Positions 27,591-41,164 are shown, counted from the stretch's first letter. The stretch: 54,319 nucleotides of DNA from Octopus bimaculoides (GCF_001194135.2 NC_068982.1:112774684-112829002); one strand, 5' to 3'. The notes: a model not told the origin generated them from the sequence alone. A program made the numbers and translations.

Positions 27591-29929
27591 AGGTATATTT
27601 AAGACCTGTTTGTAGTTTTATGTCTTGATTAGGTCAGAAGTGCTAAACTTAATCCGTTGCTCAGTTTAATCCAAGTGATAGCCTTTAGATGCCTGTAACC
27701 GAATCCACTGTTGCAAACATTCACTCACTAGTAAACATGTGACGGAGGTCCATTCGAGCACGTTTCATTGACCAGTCAAGTGACACACCGGTTTTGTATT
27801 CACTGGCACCCTGTCAGTATTTGTTCTCTATAGCAACCTATGTTAAACAGCTAACATAACACACGCACAGACACACACAAGCAACTCTTATCATTTACTC
27901 ATACGTGTGCTCGCACACATACTTTTCCTCCCTGGCCCTTTTCTCGCTTTTCTCTCTTTCTCCTCTCTCTCCTTCTCTCACTCTCTCTTCTCCTTCTCTC
28001 TCTCCCTCTCTCCTTCTCTCTCTCTCTCACCCACTTTCTTCTCTAGAAGCGAATCCCATTAAAAGCATAATGCAAATGAAAGAAAATGTGTAAATTAAAA
28101 ATAAATCAACAAATTGCTGTTGGTGTAATAATTATGTGAATAGAATTTGTAGAAATTCCAATTCCTCATAAGTACTTTGATAAAATAGCTTTCTAAAATC
28201 ACAGACATACACATTAGGAACTTGAGATGGTAAGAAAAAGAGAAGGAGCAAACCAGCAAACGTGTTATTTCTAAAGCTTGTGAGGGAAAGAAAGTGGCAG
28301 CTGAGATGAAAGAAATCGACAAAATGTTAATTCAATTTAAAATTTTCTGACTGAAGGTAATTCTGCTGCGCCTATATATTAATGATCACAAAAGAAAAAA
28401 AAAACATACTGAAAAAGCTAAACAAATAATGTTCATTATACTTACATCGATTATATTTACAAGGCTAAAGAAAAGGAGTAGAAATTATTGTAACTTCATA
28501 GCTATGATGATAATTGTGACAATGGTTGCATTAATACGGGTGATCATGAGGAGTACTGTCATAATGGTGGTGATGATGTATGCAATGTAAATCATATTAA
28601 TCAAATTATGATGCTTTATGATATTGATTTCTTTCTTGGCATAATTAAAGAACATAGGTGGGAAAGAAATTGTTTTTGCTATAATCATGACTTCTTTAAT
28701 CATGTGTTTATGTAGGCCACACTATAGCTTCACTTAAAAAGATTCTATGTTGCCTCCATTCTAACATTTTGAAATTCCGGTTAACCTCTGCATTGCTGTC
28801 AAAGTTTAATTATTCCGAAATATGATCAGGATTGTTATTGTTTTGCCCACTGTATTTCACATTTAATCATACTGCAAAATCCAAAGCTGTCTTCCCAGCC
28901 TATCTTGACCAGAAGTTGTCATTTAGAAATGGACTTCTTCCCATTCGGAAAAGAATAATTTTCATTGATTGAAATTTCTTTGCTTGAGAAATATGTTTGC
29001 GTCTCCACCTTACATTCGTTAGTGCTCTAGCGGGAAATGGAACTCAATTCAGCGAACTTCACAGCAATTAAGATAGCTTACAAATGAACTGAGTTTGCAA
29101 TGCGGTTTTGATTTCTAGTTCTGTTTCTATTCTGAAATTCCAGTGATAGTATCTGTTTTCTTACTACAAAAAAAAAAATTATATTAATTGAAATTGTATA
29201 CATCTATGTAAATGAATAAATCAACATTTGTGAAAACTGCAAGCATTGAAATACGCACATGAAGAGACAATCTTCACAAAATTATAATTTAATTCATCGG
29301 TTGTCGTTCAATTTTAATTTAGTTTACCAATTGTTTCTCTGAAATGGATAATACGAACCCGCAGCAATTTGAACTACTTTCGAAATTTAATTGTTTAAAA
29401 TTATGGTTTCAATTTTGATGGAAATTACAAATTGCCGCGATGTGTCTATCAATTAGTAAAGGAATTCAATATATGTAAAAACATTTGGTTATATTGTAAA
29501 AGGATGTTACAAGAAAGAACAGATGATTATGCAAAGATAAGCGTGTTTCTACGTTAGAAATTTCATTTGCACATTGTTTTTTAAGAGACGATAGGAATCA
29601 ACCATTTTGAGTTTTTACATAATATTCTCTTTTTTGTGTGACTCAATATATTTCTATACTACTTTAAAAGCCGCTCTATCGAGTGGCTTTTAAGCTAGCT
29701 CCTGTGGAGGGCTCTTCATGCATGGAGTACTTATTAAATTTTATCAAACTTGACCAATACTTTTGAAGTCATGAACACTTTTCATCAAAACAATGATATA
29801 ATTTGTCGACTTGGAACTCATTGCAAAGCTGCATGATAAACAACATTTTTTGTCTTCCGATTCAGGGGTCAGTACAGTTTTTTTTTTTTGTCTAACCTCT
29901 TTCTTTCTGTCTCTCTCTTTCTGTTGATT

Positions 29930-30240
29930 GTTTTCAACCATCACCATCACCAGTACCCCCACCGTCGCTACCACAACTGCCATACACACACCATTCAGAC
30001 TTCTGACGCTACCACCATCAATACATTTGACTTCGCCGCCTTCCCCTCCACCACCATCACCAGTGTTTTTCACATCGCTTACTATCACCGTCATCCCGTA
30101 CTCACCACCACCACCACCGCCACCACCATCACTGTTGCCTCCGCCTATCACAACTACTGTTCATACTATTACTATCACCCCATAACCATCACACCCGTCA
30201 ATCTACTACCGCCTCTATGCCTACTATTACTCTCACGCCA
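29930..30240. repeat. Degenerate (CAC/TAC)n low-complexity tract
   Basis: Directly visible. Confidence 0.8.
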
Positions 30241-31128
30241 TCTCGAGGAATAGTGGATATTTAATATTTGGGAAACTGTATTTCAATTAAAGTGTATTTT
30301 ATATGTGTCTGTGTGTGTGTATGTATATGTATATATGTGCACACGCACATACACACGCACACATATATGTATTAGAGAAAGCAAAACATAAAACAAAAAT
30401 GATAGTGTTCAGTAGTTGGTTCAGGAATTTCTGTCCAGGAAAGTTGTACATCATCTCTCACTTTCTCTCACATACCCACTCGCACTCTGTCTCTCTTACT
30501 ATTATTCTCATTGCCACCATCAACACTACTACTTTTAATAATACATCACCAACACTCCCTAAATTTCTTTGTCTCTGTTTCCTCCCTCTCTTCACACTCT
30601 CTCTCAGTCCTCGCCACCACCCTTACCGTCTCTATGCCTATTATTACTCTCACCTCAGCACGAGGAAGTATCGTTCAATAGTGAGAGAGGGGGGGGGGGT
30701 CAAAGTGTGACACACTGACACACAGAAATTAGTTTTCGCATTTATCTTATTAGATAGCAATTTTATCAACCCATGTGGTATGTATGACCTTTGTTAAAAT
30801 GAAACAAGACCTACAACTCTATGAAGTATTTACTATTGTCTCTTCGGTATTTTTATGCCATATTTTTTATAATGTCTGTAATTCCCTTTTTAGACTATTT
30901 TCTGTTTGCGGCTTATTGTCATTTTAAGGAAATTTTGACCCTATGTGAGCCTCTATGTACCACTTTGTACCACTGTGTACCACTGTGTACATAGTGACTG
31001 GGTACATCTAAGGATAGACTGTGAGAGAGGTTTTAACCGTTTCTGTATTTACATTCAGCATTGTCATGCAAAATTTTCTGGATTACTCTAAAAAAAACGA
31101 ATAATCAGAGAAGCCTCTATATGATAAC

Positions 31129-31213
31129 TTGACCTGTAAGAAATAACAGTTAAGTTCCCTTAAAATCACACGGTATTGTCTTAAGAAATGAAGAACACAA
31201 TGGATAGTGTCTA
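31129..31213 (+). repeat. Unclassified interspersed repeat, copy 2
   Basis: TGACCTGTAAGAAATAACAG..AAATCACACGGTATTGTCTTAAG..ACACAATGGATAGTGT. Confidence 0.55.
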
Positions 31214-32035
31214 TAATACAGAGAACAATGTGTCATAATGGTTAAAACGTTGTTCATCAAATATCTGTTTCATCAGTTCCCAATATAGTGCCAAACGACA
31301 TAATAGCTTAGCAAACACCCCAAAGTAGACCGAGCCTGTATACATGTAATAAAACAACTTTTGCATTCTTGTTTCTTGAACTATGCGGAGCCACCTGTTT
31401 AAGCTAGAGATAATAGCCTTAATGTTTCATTTGTGAAAGATAATTAAGTGGAGTACCTCTAGACTGAATCATTATTGCCATCATCTTTATACACCTCCAC
31501 TTCTCTACCGCTACATTAATTGCAGATACATCAAGAAATATGTATGTCGCCTCAACATGCCAGAAAATTTTCACGCGTGTGATCTTTCGAAAGAACATTC
31601 TAATATTTTAGCATTATTTTTTCGTCTCATGTGTCCACGTACTTAGAGAATTCTATTTCCCTACAAATCCCATTATGCCTTGTGGTGCCTTTTTCATCTT
31701 CGTTAATGGACTGACTTTTAAGTATGTTCCATGACAGATTATAATTCTGTCCCGCCGCTTAAAGCCACTGTAGAATTTTCAACTAACAAAGTGTTGATGA
31801 CTGTTCAATGAAAGAAAGATGACAATCGTGCAGGAGTTTACTGTTTCCATGGTCACCTTGCTGCAAACCACTTCATCCTGCAAAAACAGTAACAATACAC
31901 AGAAGGGCATTAAGAACAAGAAAGACTGAGTGATTTCAACGGGAATATTGAGCTTTGGGGAACAGAATATCTCGAGGTCAAACTAATCACATTTTAGTTT
32001 TCATATTTTAAAAGTTAACATGCTTGTAGTATTAC

Positions 32036-32170
32036 GGAGGTGGGTGGCAGAAACTGTAACAAAACGGATCAAACACCTGCGGTGTTTAGTCAAGTCCCTT
32101 TATGTTCTGTGTTCAAATTCCGCTTTGGGCCATGTTGCCTTTCATCTCTGGATTCAATAGAATACCTGTT
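32036..32170 (+). mobile_element. Old SINE fragment, fourth-family-like
   Basis: GGCAGAAACTG, GTTCTGTGTTCAAATTCCGC, TGCCTTTCATC. Confidence 0.6.
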
Positions 32171-32203
32171 AAATGCTTGTCAAAAAGGGGGATGCAATTC
32201 TGT

Positions 32204-32250
<47 letters not shown>

Positions 32251-32394
32251 NNNNNNNNNNNNNNNNNNNNNNNNNNNNNNNNNNNNNNNNNNNNNNNNNN
32301 NNNNNNNNNNNNNNNNNNNNNNNNNNNNNNNNNNNNNNNNNNNNNNNNNNNNNNNNNNNNNNNNNNNNNNNNNNNNNNNNNNNNNNNNNNNNNN

Positions 32395-32453
<59 letters not shown>

Positions 32454-33770
32454 TAGAGACAGATAGACAGACAGACAAACAGACTGACAGAATGAGTTAA
32501 ATTGAGCACACACTTCAAAATGAAACTTGAAGAGGTGTTCAATGCAATAAAAAATAATTCTACATATTTATTCTATATTCCCTGTGAACCAAACTTCCCT
32601 GTGAACAAAATGCCGGTTCCTATCAATTGTGGGATATATAAAGCCTTCTGTGGAATATTAGAGCCTGGCAATGAATACTTGACCAGCACGCAACAGCCGT
32701 TAACTCGCAAGAACTCGTGTTTCTAAATTTGCGCACGTGTTGCTCTGCTTTTCTTAACTACTTGGCATAGGGACTCTATACACGTCAATCTATCTCACAT
32801 TTCCGCTATTATTGCACACTCAGTTCTGAAATCCTCTGGAATTCGGCAAACGTTTTATTTATTTATTTTTTTATTTTGCATAAATTATAATACAAATGCA
32901 TCAATCTCATCAATGAAGAGAGGACATGCGCACTGTTTCTTTTATTCAGTCTATCATGTGTGCTGGACATATATATGTATATATATCAGTGGATGTATAC
33001 ATACGCACATTGATAGAGTTAATAATGTGAGGATGCATATGAAACTCAGAATTGCAATAATGTTTCCTTTCAGAGTTAAACAAAGATAGCCGGGGTATTT
33101 TTCTGCTAGTAAGTGTCACCTGATAACTTCCATTTCGTTTCATTAATTGTTTTTAAGTATCCTTGCGGTCACGAGCAGACTTAGGCACCCTCTCGGCGTT
33201 TCTTCTCTTGATTCAAAGAAACTTCGAGGATATGACAGTTAAAGGGATAAAGGGCTACTCTAACAGTCAGCTAGTCCTTATTTTCAGTTGAGTTTACTAA
33301 AGCAAAATGAAAAAATATTCTTTGCTTCCGGACACAAACGCGCCGAACAGTCCAAGAATCGAATCCACAAACTTATGATCGTTAAACCAACACCAGACTA
33401 CACCATAACACCTTTATATTACGATTTATTCACCAAATTTTATTCTTGTTTGCAAATTATAAAGGTAACACTTATGTGCGCACTAAACACACACACACAG
33501 ATAGTCATTCACATTAACACACAAACGGTGCTTATTGTTACGAAGGAGTAGTAAATACGCTGAACGTAGCTACAAGAAACAAACGGCAACAGTTGAAATT
33601 ACAGTGGTAAATTAGGGTCTTAAAAATCTATACCATACTATGTGCCTACCTCTTATAAGATGGTACACATTCACAGATCCTCAAAATAACATGGTCTTCT
33701 TGTCACATTTTATTTAACACACACACCCACACTCACATATACATGCATACATACATACACACACACACAC

Positions 33771-33815
<45 letters not shown>

Positions 33816-34288
33816 NNNNNNNNNNNNNNNNNNNNNNNNNNNNNNNNNNNNNNNNNNNNNNNNNNNNNNNNNNNNNNNNNNNNNNNNNNNNNNNNNNNNN
33901 NNNNNNNNNNNNNNNNNNNNNNNNNNNNNNNNNNNNNNNNNNNNNNNNNNNNNNNNNNNNNNNNNNNNNNNNNNNNNNNNNNNNNNNNNNNNNNNNNNNN
34001 NNNNNNNNNNNNNNNNNNNNNNNNNNNNNNNNNNNNNNNNNNNNNNNNNNNNNNNNNNNNNNNNNNNNNNNNNNNNNNNNNNNNNNNNNNNNNNNNNNNN
34101 NNNNNNNNNNNNNNNNNNNNNNNNNNNNNNNNNNNNNNNNNNNNNNNNNNNNNNNNNNNNNNNNNNNNNNNNNNNNNNNNNNNNNNNNNNNNNNNNNNNN
34201 NNNNNNNNNNNNNNNNNNNNNNNNNNNNNNNNNNNNNNNNNNNNNNNNNNNNNNNNNNNNNNNNNNNNNTATATATATATATATATAT

Positions 34289-34400
34289 CAGGGGTGGCCA
34301 AACTTGCTTAATGTAAGAGCCACATTCGATAAAGTTCAGATGTCTGAGAGCCACAAGACATGAACAAAATTTACCGATGTATTTTTGTTACATACACATT
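34289..34400. mobile_element. hAT-type terminal inverted repeat and subterminal region
   Basis: CAGGGGTGGCCAAACT begins directly after a (TA)n tract and is followed by two GAGCCACA subterminal motifs. No partner TIR was found in the window. Confidence 0.65.
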
Positions 34401-34699
34401 TAATTACAAAAAAATTACATAGAGGTTAAAAAATGCATGCATGCAATAATATTTATTCATGTATGCAGTTTTTTAAACTGCTAATTCGTATTGGTTTCAG
34501 TAATCATAAAATACACACATATATACCAAATGTTTTCAAAATCTTGGCTGATGATTGCTTGAACTTCATTGAGCATATTTAATACGGTAATGAACTACGG
34601 GAACTTCTAAGGAAAATGTGCGAATTTGCATTTCAGTAACATAAAATTAAACTGCCAAAATAACACCAAAGATGAAAAAAAAATTATAATATTTATTTG

Positions 34700-34952
34700 T
34701 CTTGGTAAAATATCTAGTCGAAATATGGAGGAAAATATGGCTGAGCGTATAAACGAACATTGGAGGGACTATAATACTCAAAAACAAACTTCGGTGCTCT
34801 ACCAGCATGCCAAAGAACAACATGGTGGTGTACTGGACCGAATTAGCATAGAAATCCTGTCTAGACACCCCGGTGACGTATCGTTGCGGCAAATACAGGA
34901 GTCGGTCCTCATAACTGAAACGCGACCAATTTTGAACACCAAATACACGTAG
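34700..34952 (+). mobile_element. GIY-YIG endonuclease C-terminal fragment of a Penelope-like element
   Basis: SSRNM..MAERINEHWRDY..SVLYQHAKEQH..IEIL..LRQIQESVLI..PILNTK matches the second half of PLE GIY-YIG domains (R..EH, H...H, RQI.E, P.LN). Confidence 0.75.
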
Positions 34953-35648
34953 ATGAGGGCCTTACAATTACCCATGGTTGCATGTGTTGTTCACACATAT
35001 GATGCGGAATATGAACGTAAATAAATAAATTTAAAATATATATATATATGTATANNNNNNNNNNNNNNNNNNNNNNNNNNNNNNNNNNNNNNNNNNNNNN
35101 NNNNNNNNNNNNNNNNNNNNNNNNNNNNNNNNTATGTATATATATATAACAGAAAGGAAATCAAAACCAAGTCCAAAGTCTCTATCTGATCTGATATAAA
35201 CGAAATTGTTACAAACACACATATGGACGCACATACTTACATATAAGCACGAACACATAAGTGCGTGCACACATATGAGCGTGCACACATACGAGCTTCC
35301 ACACACTCACATGCTCATACCGAATAGTTTCAAAACAACGCCAAAACAACGCCAAATCATACATTCAAAAGAAATGGAAGTGGAGAGACAAGTTACTGAA
35401 GAGATTGCAAGAGTGCAATGAAATAATTTAACAAAAAACTATATTAATTAATAAAGGACTGAACCAGTGCGTGTGTTTATTACCGGCATAATGCCTCTCC
35501 CAAGGTTTAATTGTAGTTTAAAAAAAGCAAACCAATAAAATTTGAGATATTTTAATCACATACCACATACAAAATTACAGTCTTATCATAATTTTTTTTT
35601 AATGACAAACAGACAGACAATGCTATAAATATCGGGCTATTAAAGCCG

Positions 35649-37140
35649 CTATTTACTGCTAGCAGACGTCTTGTGTGTCTCCATCTTAGCTGTGAGTTCT
35701 GGAAAATCTGGCTGATATGTTGTCAAAGCTGTATAAACTAGCTCCGTCATGTGTTGGTTTGTAAGGATTGCACAATGCTTCGACTTCACAAACTTCATTA
35801 CAGAGTACATTGTTTCATATCAGTATGTTGTACTGAAAATTGAAATGAGTCGTACACTAGTTTTCTTCAGTTTAGGATATTTTATTTCTGGAATTTGTTT
35901 CCAGAACTGAGTTGCAGATTGGGATTTATGGATCATCTTTAGACCCAGGTCTTCCTGTACTTCCATTAGTTTCCTTTCCACAGCAGATGATTCCATAACC
36001 ATGTTCGAGAATTCGATATCCATCATTGACCACATCAACCATAAATAGATTTACAAGAAAGGCAAAGCAGGGCTTCGGCTTTCGTAAGTCATCAAACCTG
36101 GCCAAGAAATTATTGAGCAGTCCTTGTAATTTATCTTTGTACTCTTCCAGTGGACTTTTATTTCAATATCAGGGAATGTATTTACTCCCCAGCTGAGATT
36201 GGGAAAATAATTGAAGTTTCTCGACGATATGTCTCTTTGAAAAACCCCTATTTTATTCTGAAAGCTGAAAATTGTCTAAGATCAGAAACAATCATATTCT
36301 TCCTCTGGAATGCCAAGTTGAGAATTTGCAGATGATTCATTATATCAGTATGGAACATCAAGATCTTACATCCATTCATCATTCTCCAGTTGAGGATAGC
36401 ATCTTTTCTCTTCTTTCAGAAAAGTAATAATAAACCCCAACAGATTAACGAACTTACTCAAGACATTGCTGGTTGACAGCCACCTCTCAATACAGTAGAA
36501 AGAGACATCACTGGGTTTATCTTTATGCTCTAGTTCTTCAATAAAATTTCTGAACTGTTGGCGTGTCTTCCCATTTAAGCGTATGAAATTGACAATTTCA
36601 AGGACAGATTTTATAACATCTTCGTACTCCAAGTATCACGATGAATAATGCAATGAACAAGGAGAAACTCTGGAAAGCTGGGATCATTTTTCATAAGTGC
36701 AATTACTACTACATTTTCTCCCATAGTGGTGCTCCATCTATAGCAACACCGACGAATTTATTCAGTGGAACATCAGCATTTGTTAAGGGTCTGTCTAGCG
36801 CATTATTAATGTCAACACCACGAGTTGTTTCTTTTAACGCCACTAAGTCCAACATCTCTCCTTTCTCAGTTACATCAGAGGAAACATAACGAATAAATAC
36901 TGACAGTTGTGGGTTGTCTTGTATGTCTGTTGATTCGTCATTAGCTAAGCTGAATGCATCAACACTTTTAAAATCAATTTGCATTTTGCCTGTAATATCA
37001 GCACTGATCTGAGAGACACGCCTCTCTGTAGTATAGTGTGAAACATGTGTTTGTGGTATTAGTCGCTGAAGTCTTGTGTTATTTGGATCTAACATTATAT
37101 CGGGACCTAACCAACTGAATCTATTCCCGAAGATTTCCAT
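35649..37140 (-). pseudogene. hAT transposase pseudogene (Buster/SPIN/GTF2IRD2-like), N-terminus missing
   Basis: ORF pieces 36709-37140 (FSLANDESTDIQDNPQLSVFIRYV, VAIDGAP), 36366-36632 (IERWLSTSNVL) and 35820-36038 (FWKQIPEIKYPKLKKTSVRLISIFSTTY, dimerisation domain). The frame continues through VMKFVKSKH and METHKTSASSK to a stop at 35649. Confidence 0.93.
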
Positions 37141-37207
37141 CTATGGTCGTTACCACTTTCCCGCTAACATCGTAAATCGACTATTGCAGTGTCTGACTGC
37201 TGATTAT

Positions 37208-37268
37208 TCCTCTTTTTAAGAGTGAGATCTGATTTGAGGGAGGTTTGGCAACAGCTTCTAGCAGATCG
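37208..37268 (-). repeat. Unclassified interspersed repeat, copy 3
   Basis: Minus strand: GATCTGCTAGAAGCTGTTGCCAAACCTCCCTCAAATCAGATCTCACTCTTAAAAAGAGG. Confidence 0.55.
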
Positions 37269-39682
37269 AAAAGTAGCATACGTGTTCCATCGTACATTAG
37301 CTGTACAACGTGGTGGAGTGGAAGATGGATGCAGAATACCTTTCCCTTGTCAAGTATGAGTTATACTGTTTCCAGACTTGGTTTTGAATAAATCTGTTTA
37401 TATGTTGTAGGTTATTGTGCCAGATGTATATACACATTTCATTAAAGTAGATAGATATTTGTAAAATGGCTAGCTTTTTTATAAGCTAATCAATAGTGGA
37501 TGGGAAGTGCGATATAGACGTGTTTCTATGTTTATATGCATATATGCATACATACAAACACACACGCACACACGCACACATATATACATACACACACACA
37601 CACACACGCACACACACACACACCCACACACACACACACATATATATATATANNNNNNNNNNNNNNNNNNNNNNNNNNNNNNNNNNNNNNNNNNNNNNNN
37701 NNNNNNNNNNNNNNNNNNNNNNNNNNNNNNNNNNNNNNNNNNNNNNNNNNNNNNNNNNNNNNNNNNNNNNNNNNNNNNNNNNNNNNNNNNNNNNNNNNNN
37801 NNNNNNNNNNNNNNNNNNNNNNTATGTATATATATATATATGCACATGAGTATATGTATATGTTTTCACGTTCGTGCTTGTGTCTATATGTTTTGCTAAT
37901 TTGTTGAAATATTGCATATGTCAATTTAGACAGCTGAAAATATAATTTAATATCACATTAAAATGTACACCGTGAAATTGTGTGTTTAACTGGCTATTGC
38001 ACAAGACCATATTGAATGAAACTGTCAAAACATACATTTCGATAATTGCTTGAAGTTGCAACAGTTTTCGCGTGATAGGGCATCTGCTAATTTTCTGTTT
38101 AATTAGAAATGAGACAATGTCACTTAATATAATTTGTAATGCTTAAAATACAGGCACCAATATTATAATCGTTTATGTGTATATAAACCGTCTCAGTCTT
38201 ACAGTGAAGATTGCTTTATTCATTGATTTAGAAGAGACATCTTATAAATATATACATTCTGTAACATATAGTGTTTAATGATTAATAAAATGTAGTGTCT
38301 ACTGAAATTAATTATAATCTTTACTTCATTGTACAAGGTAACGTCTATGATGATATAAAAATGAAACTGTTTCAGACAGTACCTGAAATATATACTAGGT
38401 CTGTAAACAGGTGAAATATATTCAAAATAGCGATAATTTGCTTCTCAGCACAATACCCACATTACTTGGTATATAAATCAAAGCAGTCTTCTCAGCTCAG
38501 TAAGGCTCAGTATTTTTACATCCGCCTAATTGATTCTGCTACTTCCTGTCTGATGAAATACATACCAAATATATAACTATATTTCAGATACCGCTAGAAT
38601 ATGTCACATTTCTAAGTACCGTGGATCAAGAATAGCTAAACTGCACGAACAATATTCTCCGTAATCAGTTGAGAAATTTTGTAATTCTAGAAGTTGTTTA
38701 GTAAAATGTGAGTTTTCATAAGATAATAGTGTGCTTCATCATATGTTAGTCTCTACAAACGGACAGAAAATGATTGCATTTGTTTCACTTTTACAGCAGT
38801 TACAATGGTTTCTGCAATTCGAAAAATTCAATTAACAGTATCTGGTTTCCTTTTTCAACAGTGGAAGAGGCACATCTCAAAAAATTCTATGCTGCACATC
38901 ATGAAGCGATTCTATTGCAACACAAGGTGTATTACTTTCTGTGCAAACATTTACATATATTTTCTGTGTCCTAAGAGAACGATGATATTTATTCATATGT
39001 ATTATATTCTACAGTGTAAGCGTATTTAGCGGTTTCCTATTTTCCTACAGTTAGCGAATAAAATATTTATTAAGTTTTAATCACGACAAGGACTAAAACC
39101 GAAAATAAAGATTGTAACTAATTTAAATAGCAGTTGCTCTTTGTAAGGAGAAAGATGGCTACTAGCGTTTATCTTCTGAAGATTGGCTAACCATAAATGC
39201 ATCATGAAACGGTAATCCCTTTATTTTCTCATAAACGAACAGAATAACAAGATGCAATGCACATTTGTTACCTTGTACAACGTAAGCGTTACAAACTAAC
39301 GTGCAACTATATTATATTTACCATGATACTCTATTTTCACTCTTTTACACACACACACACACACACATGCACACACACAGACACACACACACATATACAC
39401 ACACACACACTCACTCACACACACACACACACAGAAGTAAGCGCACAGATGCTAAACAAGGTGGTAGAAATAATACTCAAATAACAAAGAGTGAAATACT
39501 ATTTTACTGAACCCGAAAAGAACTTCAAAAACTGTTACTCAAAAATTTACATAAGTCAGTCGTGATAACACAGACTAGAATCTATTAACTGTATTATGCA
39601 CGGTTACGTAAAACTCTGAAAAAAAATTGTTTGTGAACATTTTTCGGCTTCAATGAAACAAAGTAATTCACACACACACACA

Positions 39683-39744
<62 letters not shown>

Positions 39745-40264
39745 CACATTATTCAAAGCAGTGTGATTTGGATTCCATGTTACTACAAGTTTCGTAGGCC
39801 CCTAACGGATCCTGTCTCATCAGGTTCGTGGAATATCCCAGTGAACGGAGAGGTACCCGAAGTCCAAGATGTCTACTGGGAAATGGGCTACAATTGGTTT
39901 GGGTCACGTGGTACAACAGTAGAAGGATTTGCTTGGTAAGTGACAGCACTTTCAAGAGAAAAGCAACTTTTTGGACCACATGCTTGGGCAGGAAATTAGT
40001 GGTGATAGTGCGTGTGTGTATGGGATCAGCTAGGCCTGTGAGTATACGAGGTTGTGTGCGCGTGTTCATGCGCGTATATACGTGTACGTGTGTGTGTGCA
40101 AGTTTGTGTACATGCGTGTGGTGTGTGTGCGTATGTGCGCATACGTGTGTATCCGTGTGTATGTGTATATGTGTGTACGCGCATGTGTGTATATGTGTGT
40201 GTGAGTACATATGCATATACAAGGGGCATGGATTTGCGGGTGCAAATCTGTATATATATATATG

Positions 40265-40423
40265 GGAGAATTCACGAAAAAACAACAGACGAAGACATGT
40301 GGTGTAAACAACAAATGGATGTATTAGTATAACGCTCCCGAATAGAGAAAGTTTTTAACGTTTCGAGCCTACGCTCTTCAACAGAAAGGAACACAGAAAG
40401 AAACAAGGAGAGAAAACACACAG

Positions 40424-40454
<31 letters not shown>

Positions 40455-40560
40455 ATTTCGTTTAGGGATAGCGATATTAATAATTTTTTGTTAGAGTTCA
40501 ACGCCAAGCTCCCACACCTGGCCTTGTAATTCTAAACTGCAAATCTGCCTAGCATCCTTA
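40265..40560 (-). mobile_element. Probable terminal repeat of a second PLE-like family with a hammerhead-like motif
   Basis: The minus strand carries CTTT-CTGTTGA-A-GAGC-GTAG-GCTC-GAAAC-GTT-AAAA, flanked by pyrimidine-rich and (GT)n sequence. The boundaries are approximate. Confidence 0.5.
40351..40388 (-). ncRNA. Minimal hammerhead-like motif with a CUGUUGA core variant
   Basis: Perfect 4-bp stem II (GAGC/GCTC), GAAAC-GTT with palindromic stem III, and a short stem I (TTT/AAA). Core position A6 is replaced by U. Confidence 0.55.
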
Positions 40561-41164
40561 TGTAGAAAAATTCCTAATTACCCTCATGAATAATTTCTGT
40601 TTCTCTTCTCTCTTTATTTTCTTTTTCTCTTATTTCTTATTCTCTTTAACTCATTGTCTTAGATTCTCTCTTATTCAATGTGTCTCCATTTCAAATATAT
40701 ACATGTACATGTTTTCTTTTCTACTTCCTTTCATAAACCTAACCTTACGCATATATTGTAATAAAATTTTATCTTAATGTACTTCTAGTGTAAGGGGTAG
40801 GGCGATTCTCGCCGCTTAAACTCCTGAGTTCTTTTCCTGCATTTGATTATGCTAACGTCGTTGGTAATGCTTTTCTATGCTTATATCTAGAGACAAATGC
40901 TTTCCTTAGAATATTGCACATGTTTCAAGCTCTGATGAAGCATTCAACTATGAGTGCGTTGCATCCTATAACAGAAACACTTGTAAATTAATGACGTTTA
41001 TGACACAATCATGTACACACACAAATGCACACACAGACACACACAGACACACACACAGACACACACACAGACACACACATACACACACACAAACACACGC
41101 ACTCTCACACATACAGTAGCTTTCCATACAAGTTCAAGCGAACAAATTCCATTCTCAATGCGGC

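Noticed and set aside
32625-32650. TATA-like GATATATAAAG
   Set aside because: Such motifs are ubiquitous in this AT-rich sequence and no downstream gene is evident.
35620-35665. Hairpin plus CTAG resembling a Helitron 3' end
   Set aside because: It overlaps the last codons and stop of the hAT transposase (SASSK-stop), which explains the sequence.
37238-37258. GTTTGGCAACAGCT as the missing partner TIR of the hAT element
   Set aside because: It is a poor match to AGTTTGGCCACCCCTG and is better explained as part of the unclassified repeat copy at 37208-37268.
39749-40307. Overlapping 178-aa and 159-aa ORFs on opposite strands
   Set aside because: Half of each is (GT)n-derived and the rest has no recognisable homology.
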